Source: Camelus dromedarius (lineage: Eukaryota). Taken from it: 64,000 nucleotides of DNA. A program made the position numbers and the translations under genes. Location of the stretch: the NCBI RefSeq assembly GCF_036321535.1, contig NC_087436.1, positions 47,990,001 through 48,054,000 of the forward strand, in the 5' to 3' direction. The notes under the pieces were generated by a model, which saw nothing but the letters and a program-made list of their open reading frames with translations, was not told the origin of the DNA and made no database searches. This document shows positions 1 to 13,100 of this stretch, piece after piece. Position 1 is the stretch's first letter. Every line of letters starts with the position of its first letter.

Positions 1-2200
1 TTTCTTAATTTATGACCCATCATGTGCTATTATTAGGTGTCTCAAATGAATTCATCTCCTAAGTGTGACTGAGGCTAAGTCATGAATGATTCTTCACGAA
101 GGCGAGTGTTCCTGGATGCTCAGGCAACTGAATTTCTCATGCAGTTCTGGAACGTTTTAGTACAGAACAGGTGTATAGAAGGTCTCTCCCTAATTCTTTC
201 ACTTGACTTTCAGTCTTCCACACAGACTGTCACTGTTCCTCATACTGTTCACCTAAAATCAAGTAAATGAAGGGCCATAAAAATATACTGTTAATAATTT
301 TCATAGGTTTATAAAGTCAGTCTTCTTATCCATTTATAAAATAAGTACCAGGGAAGCATATTACTACTTTTGTTAAGTAGAAACTTAGACTAAGGTACTC
401 AAATATACTTTTTGTTTGTCACAAAATCATCATCAAATGGGACTAGAAACAGCCTTTGGAGGCCAAAAGCCTTTGGGAAAGTTTCTGAATGGCACTTTTA
501 TTAATGTGTGTAATTTCCCTCCAGCGGTCTGTTAATTGCCACAAGTCATCACTCCTTCAAGATCCTCTCTAACTACTTTAACCATGTGCTTTTCTTTGTC
601 TGTCTCCCTCCCTCCCTCCCTCGCCTACTGTGATACCACTTCCAGACAAGGTAAAGGGGTTAATGTAGGAAAACCCAGTAGCAAGCTGCAGAGCCCTTCT
701 ACTTGAGTTTAAAGCTCCTTACTGAAAAATAATGCGTTAGGCTGAAAGCACGAGAATTGCTATTAATGGATCAGATCCGTATTTTCTCAAGTTCTATGTT
801 TTTTTTCTTGCTAATGGTTACACACAGGGAAACTTTATGGCTGACTAGATCCATCCTGGGGGACACTGATTTCGGAAGACAAGGTGTGCCCTCAAATATC
901 ACTGGCTTTCCCTAAAACCTGTTTCAGTCAACCTGTCTCATCCATTCTTGATTTTATTCATTTATAAAGGCTGTTTATTGGAGCCAGAGTTCCATAACCA
1001 TACTAGAAGCTGTGTCATATAACCCTGTATTTTAATTATTGAGGTTTATTTTTTGTCAAAATTTATCTTAATATGTTTGGGATTCATTCCATTCCAAGTA
1101 CAAGTTCACATTAACAGTAACCTTCCATTAAAAAAAAAAATTCCTGCACACTTTTTCTGCCTTTATCACTTCTATTTCAATCCAGTTAGAAGATACATTA
1201 AGACACAGTGAAACTACGTATCTTCTAATATTTTTTCTCTCTTCCCTCTGAAAAAATTGTGAGAATTTTACTGTGGTCCCATTCAAATAAAGAACTACTG
1301 TGCATATTACTTTTGTAATAGCATCAAATATCTTCCATCTCATGTATTTTCAATTTCAGTATTTTCCATTTCCCATCAACTGAGAATGAAAAGATGAGGA
1401 TGAGCCTTCCACAATTTTCTGCATAAATGAACTGCTACTTTAGCAAACAACTTGCTTTTTACCATACAGATGATTTTTTTTAGGAATGGAATCAAGTTGT
1501 TATTCTGTGAACTCTGAATTCCTTGAAGATTCGATGTGTGAGATGGCACATGTTTACTTCTGTTGAAAGAACATCCTATTTTTGAGGAAGGGAGAATAAA
1601 ACTTGTGAGACATCAAATGTTTCTTGCAAAACAATTTGGTGAAATGAATGTAAATGAAGCAGAAACAAGTGAATTGTATTTCAATTAAGATGACTGGGTT
1701 TAAATAGGAAGGGAGTAAAGTGCTCCAGGGAAAGAGTGTAGCAAGTCAGGAAGTGACATTTTGTTTTGTTTTCATCAGTCTTGGACTCTTAAAAAATGGC
1801 TTGATACTCTGAAATCACCTTCATTCAGATTCTCTCTGAAGCATAATGATGGTGTCAGAATGGGACAGTTACATCCTAATTCGTTTTATAGCTTTATCTG
1901 GCTCCAACTGTAATGTAGGCATTAAACATCGCTACCGTGGAATTCTTCAAAAGCACTTTCAGTTTGAAGTTAGAGGTGTTCCTATTTTCTGTTTTCTTTG
2001 GAGGGTAAACAGCAAATTGTAATGATACTAAAAGTGTATTTTTCTTTCATGCAACATGTAAAGTTTTCAGAGTCACATGTCAACTTCATATTTTTTTCGT
2101 CTTTCTCACCAAAGATGATCAGATCTAAAAGGAAAACGTGGGGGCTGAATATGTACAGGGCACAGGGAGAAAAGGTAATGGAAGAATCAGAGTGAAAAAG

Positions 2201-2802
2201 TGTTGCTGGTGATGAGGTTCTTGTCTCGTCGCAGAAAGGATTCAGAGACAAGATGCAGAGGTGAAGAAATTAGGAGATAGTACACTCTCAAGGGGAGAGC
2301 GGGCAGGCTCAGGTGAGCAGCTGCCCTGAGTTTCTTTGGCAAGTTAGCTAGCTACATAGGGTGTAAAAATGAATGGGCGGAATATTCACTGGGGAGGGAA
2401 GGGTTTGGTGTCGTATTCACTGATTTTCCACCCCAACTCCACCTTCCCGAAGGGAGGAGGGACTTTTGTCCTTATTTAGTTTGGATCAGAAGTGTCATGG
2501 CATTGGTGCATGATGGGTACTTCTAATCTGCAAGGCTAATTTTATTGAAATGAGGGCATAATGAGCAAAAGGTTATATTCGGACACTGGAGATTCCTGCC
2601 TTTTCCCATCTTTCTTCGTTGGCATCCAGGGCACTTGTCACCCCAAAATGTGTGACCACTTATCACCCCTGCTTTTCTTTCTCTTCCAGGGACCCCTGTT
2701 GTTTTTATGATGTATGGTTTCCTGCACTTGGCCTGTGTCCCTCCTTTTTGCCCAGTGCATCCCCTTTTCTCTGCTCATAGTAGCTAGCTACCTGCTTTAA
2801 CA
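2201..2802 (-). mobile_element. ERV1-class solo LTR, copy A (DKK2 intron 1)
   Basis: TGTT...AACA termini. Collinear with the LTR at 3169-3827 but lacks the segment carrying the polyA signal. No clean target-site duplication (aaag / aggc). Confidence 0.8.
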
Positions 2803-3168
2803 AGGCAGTGTTGGGGGAGGAATAGGAATGGATGCAAAGTGAGGCCATCAAACCCCATTTCATAAGTAAGGCACTCAAACCACACTAACTGGAGGGTCAC
2901 AAAAATTTTCTCCGTAGTTTTATAATCATATCATTTATGCTTGCTTAAAAATAACTACATAGCTTCTTCTTTTTTAATTAAAAAAAAAAAACGCATTACT
3001 CTGGAAATAAAAAAAATAAACTACCAAAAAAAAAAAAAAAAAAAGACTGGCAAATAAGTCTCCCTGTAAACCTGCCTCAAAATATAAGTTCGATGTGTGT
3101 GATGTGACATTTCAGTTTCTCAATTCTCAGTCTGAAAACAGGACATTTTAAGTTCCAGCAAGAACTTC

Positions 3169-3827
3169 TGTTGTTGGTAGATGTGACTGGTGTCCAGGTT
3201 CTTGTCCCATCCCAGAAAGAATTCAGAGACAAGAAGTGGAGGTTAAGAAAGTAAAGTGAGAATTTATTAAAGGATGGATAGTACACTCTCAAGGGGAGAG
3301 CGGGCAGGCTCAGGTTAGCAGCTGCCCCAAGTTTCTTTGGTAAGTTGGTTACATAGAGTGTAAAAATTAATGGGCGTAATATTTATTAGGGAGAGAAGGG
3401 TCTCTGGGGTCGTATTCCCTGATTTTCATCCCAACTCCACCTTCCTGAAGGAAGAAAGGATTATTGTCCTTATTTAGTCTGGATCGGAAGTGTCATGGAG
3501 TCGGTGCAGGATGGGTTACTTTTAATCTGCAAAGCGAATTTTATTGAAATGAGGCTATAATGAGCAAAAGGTTACATTCAGACACTGGAGATTCCTGCCT
3601 TTTCCCACCTTTCTTTGTTGGCCTCCAGGCCACTGAGCACCTTGAAAGGTGTGACCTCTTATCAGCCCAGAGGTTCCTGCTTTTCTTTCTCTGCCAGGGA
3701 CCCCTGGTGCTTACATGATGTCTGGTTTCCTGCATTTGGCCTGTGTCCCTCCTTTCTGCTCAATTCCTGCCATTTAGCCTGCATTCCCCTTTCTCTGCTC
3801 ATATCTAGCTATCTGCCTGCTCTAACA
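3169..3827 (-). mobile_element. ERV1-class solo LTR, copy B, with 4-bp TSD CTTC
   Basis: TGTT...AACA termini flanked by CTTC at 3165-3168 and 3828-3831. Minus-strand AATAAA at 3263-3268. Confidence 0.88.
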
Positions 3828-4699
3828 CTTCCAAGAGACAAGGAGTATATAATTAGAGTGTATGTGTATATATACGTATTTTTTTGAAATAATGACTCCT
3901 TAAGTAGCCTTCTGAACATACAACTTGGTAGAGGAACGCAGCAGCAGCAGCAATCCCTTTGTATAAATTAAAGGTGCAGTAGCCCGGAGGACTATTTTTG
4001 TATGTAAGGAGCCTGCCCTTTGGTTTCCTGAGAACATGATGTAACTGGGGTTCTGCTTCTCTGACCACTGAGAACTCCACTGCTGTTCATCACTGAGTCT
4101 GGAAGGAGGACCCTGCTCCTTGATTGCTTTGTGCCAAATAGTTCATTGCCTCACACTGCTCTGGAAGTGTTTCTCCTCTGTTCCTCGCAGGCAGGAACTG
4201 TGATGAGTCACTCTTAGAAGATCTGTTCCGTAACTGGGCAGGAGATGTGTTTGAGCTTCGAGCACAGCCCTTTGTTGTTTTATTTAACCTTCTCATCCAG
4301 TTGTAGTGGATGAAAAATGGGGTGGCTAGGCTGTTTCATTTATACCTTAAGTCAGTGGCAATATAACACTGACAACTGTTTCTGAGGCCCAAGAGTCACT
4401 CTTCAGGCCTCTGCTAATGAACATAAGGTCTAAATCCTAACCCAAAAGTGATGTCAGTGAAAATATATCAATAGTGTCACCTTCATCTTTGTCACCATCA
4501 ATAATCAGGATTTATAAGGTCCTCAGTTAAGTGTCACTCTGTAGACACTCTGCTGAGAACATCATTACAATGGTATATTAAAATCCTTTGAGGAGGGACA
4601 CCCTGTGATTTACTTCCCATCGTGATTTGCTGCAGTAACTTTCCATGTTCCAAGATCTGATCTCCGTTGCTTTTTTGGTGGTGTTCCCCTTCATGACAG

Positions 4700-4850
4700 G
4701 CCTACCCTTGCAGCAGTGATAAGGAATGTGAAGTTGGGAGATACTGCCACAGTCCCCACCAAGGATCGTCAGCCTGCATGGTGTGTCGAAGGAAAAAGAA
4801 GCGCTGTCACAGAGATGGCATGTGTTGTCCTGGGACCCGCTGCAATAATG
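4700..4850 (+). CDS. DKK2: DKK2 coding exon 2 (151 bp), N-terminal cysteine-rich domain (CRD1)
   Basis: Follows acceptor ...catgacAG. Translates AYPCSSDKECEVGRYCHSPHQGSSACMVCRRKKKRCHRDGMCCPGTRCNN-G, recognisable as DKK2. Ends at donor G|gtaaag (phase 1). The ORF track missed this frame. Confidence 0.98.
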
Positions 4851-5689
4851 GTAAAGGGCTCAGTTTCCTTTCACAGAGGCGGTCTGGCTACCGAGTTAGG
4901 CTCCCTTCTCTTTAGTCAGATTCCTAAAGTGTAAGGAATCTTTCAAAGCTGGCAGGAATGGGATCATGCTTTGGGATATGTGGAAGATTACCTGGATCAC
5001 CTCCCAAATCTTAGCTTTCCTGGGCTCTGATCATCTTCTATAATTTATAATCTATGCTGGTCTAGGATTTGCCATGTTAAAATGTTGCATGTAAATAGCC
5101 AGATGTTTTATTCCACTAAACTAAACACATAAGCGAATATGTGCAAAGGAACCAAAGGAAAGGAACCTGCTGTGATTTAGCAGTGCAGTTGTGAGTCTGT
5201 TTTCCATTTTCATACCAATTTCATACCTTGATTCTTATACTCGAGGTGTCTTCTCTGGAAGGCCCCACCCCGTGGCACACACAAATGCTGATGGAGTGAC
5301 TGGTTCCTCAAAAAGGAGACAGAGGAGTCTATTCCCTGGCCTTCCCCAAAGCCAGGGCTTCGCCCAATCTCAATGAGTTTATAGGCAGATAATTCAGCAT
5401 TAATGAGGAAATGGAGAACCACAGACAGTAAATGGCAGGTAAAACCATTAAGTAACTGAAGGTGATCAGGAACATACTTAGTCATATAAAACAACATCAT
5501 CAGAGTCATATCCCTACACTTGTTCCTGACCCCTGGGCACAGTCCCACAGGGAGTAGCCTGGACAAGAGGTGAAAGGGAAGACAAACTCTTACCATTAGA
5601 GATGTTTACAGTGTGGATGAGGACTGTACTGCTGATTGAAAAAGGAAACTTAACATAGATGTCTGATCAGACTTAAAGTACTAATAGCT

Positions 5690-5850
5690 AGTAATCATTT
5701 AATACCTTACTATGGCACTATTCTAAACTCTTCACACATATTCACAATAACTTAGTGAAGTAAATTCTGTTTTAATTCCTATTTTTGCCAAAGGTCACTG
5801 GCTCTTGAGAGAGGCAAGATTCAAATCAAGGAAGCCTGACTCTGGACCAA
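5690..5850 (-). mobile_element. Degenerate MIR SINE in intron 2
   Basis: MIR-like core motifs (cacaataac..., aaggtcac..., gattcaaatcaagg...ctgactct). Confidence 0.5.
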
Positions 5851-6005
5851 ACTGAGTAATACTCAGTCTTGATAAATACATGAATAAATGGATGGGTGAA
5901 TGAAAAGATGATAGGTGGCTTCTTGCCTCATGGCGGGAGAATGCTTGGTTAAAAACCACACTTTTAGAAATGAGTAAGTCTAACTGATTACTTGACTATC
6001 TCCAG

Positions 6006-6161
6006 GCATCTGTATCCCGGTCACTGAGAGCATCTTAACCCCTCACATCCCAGCTCTGGACGGCACTCGGCACAGAGATCGAAACCACGGTCATTACTCA
6101 AACCACGACTTGGGATGGCAGAATCTAGGAAGACCACACACTAAGATGTCACATATAAAAG
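6006..6161 (+). CDS. DKK2: DKK2 coding exon 3 (156 bp), end of CRD1 and linker
   Basis: Acceptor ctatctccAG. Reads (G)ICIPVTESILTPHIPALDGTRHRDRNHGHYSNHDLGWQNLGRPHTKMSHIK-G. Donor G|gtaggg. Phases are compatible with exons 2 and 4. Confidence 0.98.
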
Positions 6162-6196
6162 GTAGGGAGATCCATAGTTCTTTGGTTCCGACTCAG

Positions 6197-7568
6197 TTAT
6201 TTTATTTCATTTTTATTGAAGTATAGTCAGTTTACGATGTTGTGTCATTTCTGGTGTACAGCATATTTCAGCCATACGTGAACATACATACATTCGTTTT
6301 CATATTCTTTTTTACCATAGGTTACTACAAGATATTGAATATAGTTCCCTGTGCTATACAGCATAAACTTCTTTATCTATTTTATGTATATTAGCATCTG
6401 CAAATCTAGAACTCCCAACGTATCCCTTCCTACCCCCTCCCCCTCTGGTAACCATAAGTTTGTTGTCTATGTCTGCGCTGTTTCTCTTTTGTAAATAAGG
6501 TTTTTTTTTAAGTTCCACATATAAATGATATCGTATAGTATTTTTCTCTTTCTGGCTTACTTCACTTAGAATGATGATCTCTAGGTCCATCCATGTTGCT
6601 GCAAATGGCACGATTTTATTCTTTTTTATGGCCAAGTAGTATTCCATTGTATAAATATACCACATCTTCTTTATCCAGTCATCTGTTGATGGACATTTCA
6701 TTTGTTTCCATGTCTTGGCTATTGTAAATAGTGCTGCTATGAACACTAGGGTGCAGGTGTCTTTTTGAATTAAGGTTCCCTCTGGATATATGCCCAGGAG
6801 TGGGATTGCTGGATCACATGGTAAGTCTATTTTTAGTTTTTTGAGAAATCTCCATACTGTTTTCCATAATGGCTGCACCAATTTACATTCCCACCAGCAG
6901 TGTAGGAGGGCTCCCTTTTCTCCACACCCTCTTCAGCATTTATCATTCATGGACTTTTAAATGATGGCCATTCTGACTAGTGTGATGGGATATCTCACTG
7001 TAGTTTTGATTTGCATTTCTCTGATAATTAGTCATATTGAGTATTTTTTCATGTGCCTATTGGCCATTTATATGTCTTCATTGGAGAACTGTTTGTTTTT
7101 TCTTATTCAGTTGTATGAGCTGTATATATTGTATATTCTAGAAATTAAGTCCTGTTCAGTTTCATCTTTTGCAAGTATCTTCTCCCATTCCATAGGCTGT
7201 CTTTTTGTTTTGCTTATGGCTTCTTTTGCTGTGCAAAAGCTTGTAACTTTAATTAGGTCCCATTTGTTTATTCTTTTATTTCTATTGCCTGGGTAGACTG
7301 TCCTAGGAGAACATTGCTGAGATTTATGTCAGATAATGTTTTGCCTATGTTTTCTTCTAAGAGGTTTATAGTTTGTCTTATAAGTCTTTAAGCCATTTTG
7401 AGTTTATTTTTTGTGTATGGTGTGAGGGAGTGTTCTAATTTCATTGATTTACATGCGTCTGTCCAGTTTTCCCAACATCATTTACTGAAGAGACTGTCTT
7501 TACTTTATTGTATATTCTTGCCTCCTTTGTCAAAGATTAATTGAAAGTTTGTGGGTTTATTTCTGGGC
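6197..7568 (-). mobile_element. 5'-truncated LINE-1 (ORF2 C-terminus, 3' UTR and A-rich tail), antisense in intron 3
   Basis: ORF 6354..6881 reads [20 protein letters not shown]...WMDLEIIILSEVSQKEK, the L1 ORF2p C-terminus. T-rich tail at the left end. Confidence 0.95.
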
Positions 7569-8079
7569 AAGAAAGTACTTTAATGGTACTATTTTGACTG
7601 AATTTATTAATTCTTAATTTTGAGGATGCTATTTCTTAGAGCTCTTAAATTGTTAGAAAATATATATTACAAGAATTGCAGTACCCTGATCAACCACGTC
7701 ATTTCCTAAATGCCATTTTATGTGATACTTAGAATCAATCTTTTGTACAAGTATTTCCATCCCATATCCAAGAATGAAGTGTTCCAAAGAATAAATGGGA
7801 AAATGTTTCCTACTGCATGATTGAATCAATAATTCAGAAATTTTATTTCACTAAACAACCAGATAATATACTATTCATTGAACAATTTACCAAAAATAAT
7901 TAAATTCTAGTTGCATTATATATGGCCATAAAATCTTCCTTTTGTCCAAATATTTGGGAAGCCTAATCATAGTAAAAATCAAAAGTACGAAATTATTGAA
8001 CCTAATTACTAATAGTAAAATTTTGAAAGTATGAAATACCTGTTTTTTAAGGAGGCTTTTTTAAAGTGTATTCTTTGGA

Positions 8080-8370
8080 GCAGTATTCTTTCAAGACATT
8101 CTGTGAATAAAAGAGCCCTACGGTCAAGAGTTACATAATAATGCATCTCCCCATTTTTGGAACTTTATAATAAACACTGATACATTGAAGGCTCTGAGAA
8201 GTTCAACAATGAGGAAAACTGGTTACCTTTTTTAAACACTGTATTTCCTGGTTTACTTGATCACAAAAACCACTTCCCCACATTTTCACCTTCTGCAGGG
8301 CTAGTCTCCTATGGCATATCTGATGTATTAGTCCAACCCGGAATACCAGTGGGCACATGGATAGTGCTAA
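8080..8370. mobile_element. Old hAT-Charlie DNA-transposon fragment
   Basis: aaggctctgagaagt...gaaaactggttacc...gtatttcc...ttgatcac resembles MER112/MER113-type consensus as I recall it. Confidence 0.4.
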
Positions 8371-8660
8371 AGAGATTGATGATTCCTCTTCAATTATCCT
8401 TTGTCTACACTTGCTAAAGGTCTAAGTCCTTTACTCACATCTCCTATTTCTATTTCACCAAATTTACATGTATTTGTTGGTGTATAAGTAGCCTTTTTTT
8501 TTCTTCTTCACAAGTATCCTTTATTCTGACAGGTATCTATCTTTTTTCCAGTGCTTTTTCTGTATCTTTTCACCCAGCTGTAGTAAATAATTTAAAAAAG
8601 TAAGTTAGTAAAGCTGACACTAAATTAAAAAAATATATAAATTCTTTCAACACCTAGAAT

Positions 8661-9507
8661 CTTTTTTTTTTTAAACTGAAGTGCTGATTTACAATGTTGT
8701 GTTAGCTTCAGGTGTACGGCAAAGTGATTCAGTTATACAGAATATATATATTCTTTTTCAGATTCTTTTCTATTATAGGCTATTACAAGATATTGAATAC
8801 AGTACTTTATGCTACACAGTAGGTTCTTGTTGTTTATTTTATATGTAATAGTGTGTATCTGATAATCCCAAACTCCTAATTTATCCTTCCCCGCTTCTTT
8901 ATCCTTTGGTAACCATAAGTTTGTTTTCTGTCTCTGAGTCTGTTTGTTTTGTAAAGTTCATTTGTATCATTTTTTTGTAGACTCTACATGGAAGTGATAT
9001 CATATGACATTTGTCTTTCTCTTCTGACTTAACTCAATATAATAATCTCTAGGTCCATCCATGTTGCTGCAGATGGCATTATTTCATTCTTTTTTATGGC
9101 TGAGCAGTATCTCATTGTATTTATGTATATGACATCTTCTTTATCCAGTTATCCATTGATGGACATTTAGGTTGCTTCCATGTCTTGGCTATTGTAAGTA
9201 GTGCTGCTCTGAACATTAGGGTGCATATAGCTTTTTGAATTAGTTGTTTTCTCCAGAGATATGCCTAGGAGTGCTATTGCTGGATCATATGGTAAGTCTG
9301 TTTTCAGTCTTTTAAGGAATCTCCATACTGTCTTCCATAATGGCTGTACCAGACTACATTCCCACCAGCAGTGTAGGAGGTTTCCCTTTTCTCCATATCC
9401 TCTCCAGCATTTATTATTTGTAGTCTTTTTCATGATGGCCATTCTGACTGGTGTGAGGTGATACCTTAGTGTAGTTTTGATCTGCATTTCTCTAATAATT
9501 AGCACCA
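8661..9507 (-). mobile_element. 5'-truncated LINE-1 3' end
   Basis: ORF 9167..9508 reads [22 protein letters not shown]...[26 protein letters not shown] (ORF2p cysteine-rich region). Poly-T at 8662-8672. Confidence 0.95.
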
Positions 9508-9630
9508 TTTAATTATATGAGTAATTTTCTGATGGCAGCTAGGAGAAATCTTATGTCGATGGCTAGTGAGCTATGTCCACGTCACACAGTGGAACTGTTG
9601 ACATCTGGGATGACAGAGAACCCTTTAGAC

Positions 9631-9857
9631 CAGGGCTGGCTCACTATGGCCCATGAGCCAAGTCTGTCCTGCTGCCCTTTTTTGTAATGTTTTATTGTGA
9701 CACACACTTGCCTAAGTGAATGGGCATTAGCTGTGGCTGCTTTTACAATACAATAGCAGAACGAGGAGCTGTGACACAGATTACATGGCCTAAAAAGCCA
9801 AAATAGCCAGAAATATTTCAATCTAGCAGGTAACAGAGAAGCTTGCTGACTACTCCT
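9631..9857 (+). mobile_element. MER58A-like hAT-Charlie MITE
   Basis: caggg..ggc..actatggccca...ttttattg..acac...tggctgctttt...ggcc.aaaagcc.aaaata...gcttgctgac pattern, about 225 bp. Confidence 0.65.
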
Positions 9858-9935
9858 TTATCCAGGTTACACATCAACCTGACTGTGATGTGCTCTTTGC
9901 TGACTTGATCCTTTTTACAGAATTAAATACTTAGT

Positions 9936-10393
9936 TATGATAGGTTTTTGGTTGACCCTGGGGTATGCCCTTGCTCTGTTCTGCATCACAGCTCTTTATA
10001 GACTTCATTTCTCAGGCTCCCTGTCAGATGGCTCCTGGCCACGTAGGTTTGGCTGTGGTGGGAGACTGAGAAGCAGAGGAAAGAAAAAGTTAGCATATTC
10101 TCTCTGCTTCAGGGAGTGTTTCTGGCAGAGCTGTACCTCCCTGGGGCTTCAGCTCCTGCCAGGTGGGCCTGTTGGGATTCCAGTCCCAGCCCCACTGCCC
10201 GCCCCCACCATTCTGACGTCACCTGCTCCTTTGGATCCCCCGGCCTAAATGTGGCAGTGGTTTCCTGCTGTGTTGCTTCACCATATTCTGGGACGTCTTA
10301 GCCCTGCAACTCTCTGCCTGTGTGACAGGTCTCTGCATTAGTATCTTCTCTTTTGAATACTCAGAGTTTCCGTTTTCCTGGCTAGACTGATTC
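9936..10393 (+). mobile_element. LTR33-family (ERVL) solo LTR, degenerate
   Basis: GC-rich block with LTR33-type motifs (catttc.caggctccct, ggcagtggtttcctgctg, ttttcctggct.gactgat). Confidence 0.55.
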
Positions 10394-10614
10394 GTGGTCT
10401 TAGGCATCACTGGGGATTTCAGCCTTCTCTTTGAATCAGAGTTTGTTTATACCTTCCAAGAAGGTATCAAATTAATTAAGTAATGTTTTTTTAAACTGTT
10501 AGTTTCAACTTTACTTGATTTTCCAATTAATTTTTTTTGCAAATTTTTAAAATTTACATATATGTACTATTCATTGTTTCTAAGAACCTTTAGAGCTTTA
10601 ACTTTTTAAACTTA

Positions 10615-11186
10615 CCTAGTTATCAAAGGAATAAAGCCAATCACAAAACAGGAATTAATTTAAAAAGATACATACACCCTGCTATTAATAGCAATATTAT
10701 TTATAATTGCCAAGATATGGAAGCATCGTAAGTACACATCAATAGATGAATGGATAAAGGAGATGCAGCATATATATGTAATGGAATGCACTCACCCATA
10801 AGAAAGAAGGATGTTTTGCCATTTGCAGCCCTTCATTCACTTTTTTTTCCCACTTCAAAAACCAGAACTTTATAACTGGCATAAACATTTCCATTGCATT
10901 AAAAAGAGCAAAATACCTAGACATAAACTTAACCAAAGAGGTTACCTATACTCTGTAAACTGTAAAACACTGATGAAGGAAATTGAAGAGGATACGAAGA
11001 AATGGAAAGATATCTTGTGCTCTTGCATTGGCAGAATCAACAGCATCAAAATGGCTGTACTACCCAAAGCCATCTACAGATCCAGTGCAACGCCTGTCAA
11101 AGTACTCATGGCATTCTTCACAGAACTAGAACAATTTCCATATTTATATGGAACCATAAAAGACCCCAAACTGCCAAAGCAATCTT
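10615..11186 (+). mobile_element. Two sense-strand L1 ORF2 fragments in non-collinear order
   Basis: About 10650-10830 is ORF2 C-terminal sequence. About 10885-11186 encodes [40 protein letters not shown], which lies earlier in ORF2 (post-RT). Confidence 0.8.
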
Positions 11187-11189
11187 CTG

Positions 11190-13100
11190 TAGGTCTTTTT
11201 TTTTCTTTTCTAATGACTAGAGAAGTTCTTTTAATATTTGTTGTAAAGCAGGTTTGGTGGTGCTGAATTCTTTTAGCTTTTGTTTATCTGTGAAGCTTTT
11301 GATTTCTCCATCAAATCTGAATGAGAGCCTTGCTGGATAGAGTATTCTTGGTGGTAGGTTTTTTCCTTTTCATCACTTTAACTATATCTTGCCACTCCCT
11401 TCTGGCCTGTAGAGTCTCTGCTGAAAAACCAGCTGATAACCTTACGGGAGTACCCTTGTATGTTATTTGTTACTTTTCTCTTGCTAATTTTAATATTTTC
11501 TCCTTATTCTTAATTTTTGTCAATTTGATTACTATGTGTCTTGATGTGTTCCTCTTTGGGTTGATCCTGTGTGGAACTCTCTGTGCTTCCTGGACTTGGG
11601 TGACTGTTTGCATTCCCAAGTTGGGAAAGTTTTCATTTATCTCTTCAAAAATTTTCTCAGGTCCTTTCTCTTTCTCTCCTCTTTCTGGGACTTCTGTGAT
11701 GCGAGTATTAGTGTGCTTCATGTTGTCCCAGAGTTCTCTTAAACCATCCTCATTTCTTTTCATCCTTTTTTCTGTTCTGCAGTAGTGATTTCCACTAGTC
11801 TGTCTTCTAGCTCATTGATACATCCTTCTGCTTCACTTAGTCTATTCTTGGTTCCTTCTAGTGTGCTATTCATTTCAGTGATTTTATTCTTCAACTCTGT
11901 TTGGGTATTCTTTATATTTTCCAACTCTTTGCTAAAAACTTCACTCTGTGCATCTATACTCCTCTTGAATTCTCTGAACATCTTTGCCATCATTACTTTA
12001 AACTCTTTCTCAGATAAATTGCCTATCTCCTTATCACTTATTTCTTCTTCTAGGATTTCATCTTGTGCCTTGGCCTGGGAGATAGTCCTCTGCTGCCTCA
12101 TATTGTTTATCTTTCTATTTATATTTTTAGGCAGGTTCGTTACGTTTCCCAGCCTTGGAGAGGTGGCCCTCTCTGGGAGACATCCTGTGTGTCCCAGCAG
12201 TACACTCCTCTTGTCAGCCAAGGGCTAGGATCCAGCTGGTCCCAGTGTAGAGTCTGGCCTGTTTGTGGATTCCTTCCACAGGCTTTGGGGTTGCTGTTTT
12301 CTTATTTCTGGTATCTGCCCCCTGGAGAATGAGGCTGGACTAGAGGCTTATGCAGGTTTCCTGGCAGGAGGAGCCAGTGCCTGCCCACTGCTGGGTGAAG
12401 CTTGGTCCTGGCCCTCTGGTGGATGGGGCTGTGTTCCCACCCTGGATGTTATTGGGCCTGAGGCTTCCCTACAGGCTGTTGGGTGGGGCTAGGTCTCGGT
12501 GCAAATGATCCAATCAAGATGTCAGCCTCCAGGAAAGCTCATGTAGATGAACATTCCTGGAATGTCTGCCACCAACCTTTATGTCCCCTGGGTGAGCTGC
12601 AGCTATCCCCTACGTTCCCAAGAGACCCTCCAAAACCAGCAGGCAGGCCTGGCCCAGGTTCCTATGAAATCACTGCCTCTGCATATGGACCTGGTGCACT
12701 CGAGATTCTAGGTACGCTTCCCAAGAGAGTGAAATCTGTTTCCCCCAGTCCGGTGGGGCTCCTGGAGTTAAGCCCGCTGGCCTTCAAAACCAGATGTGCT
12801 GGGGTCTCCTCCTCCTAATGCCAGAACCCTGGGCTGGGGAGCCTGACGTGGGCCTTAAAACTCTCACTCCAGTGGGAGGGCCTCTGTGACTGACTTACTC
12901 TTTAGCTTGTGGGTCACCAACCTGGGGCAGGGTAGGGTATGGGGCCTAATTATATCACGAGCATGCCCCTCCTACCGTCCTGCTGTGGTTCCCTCTTTGT
13001 TTACAGTTGAAGACGATCTTCTTTGCTAGGTTCCACTTTTTCAATGGTTGTCTCCAGTCAGTTGTGGTCCTACCACTCTGCCATCTTGTCTGGAAATCCC
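11190..13100 (-). mobile_element. LINE-1 5' portion: 5' UTR (~1 kb) plus frameshifted ORF1; no contiguous ORF2
   Basis: The minus strand starts gggatttccagacaagatggc. ATG at 12101 gives MRQQRTISQ...EFKVMMAKMF...coiled coil, then NEDGLRELWDNMKHTNTRI...RINPKRNTSRHIVIKL (ORF1p RRM region) in a shifted frame. Confidence 0.93.

Noticed and set aside
2201..3827. A two-LTR provirus or TRIM-like element
   Set aside because: No PBS or PPT in the spacer, no shared flanking TSD, and copy B has its own TSD.
1..4699. DKK2 exon 1 or promoter
   Set aside because: No signal-peptide exon or CpG island is visible. This is the 3' end of intron 1.
4716..4934. 72-aa ORF over exon 2
   Set aside because: Wrong frame. 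The DKK2 frame starts at 4700 and is spliced at 4850.
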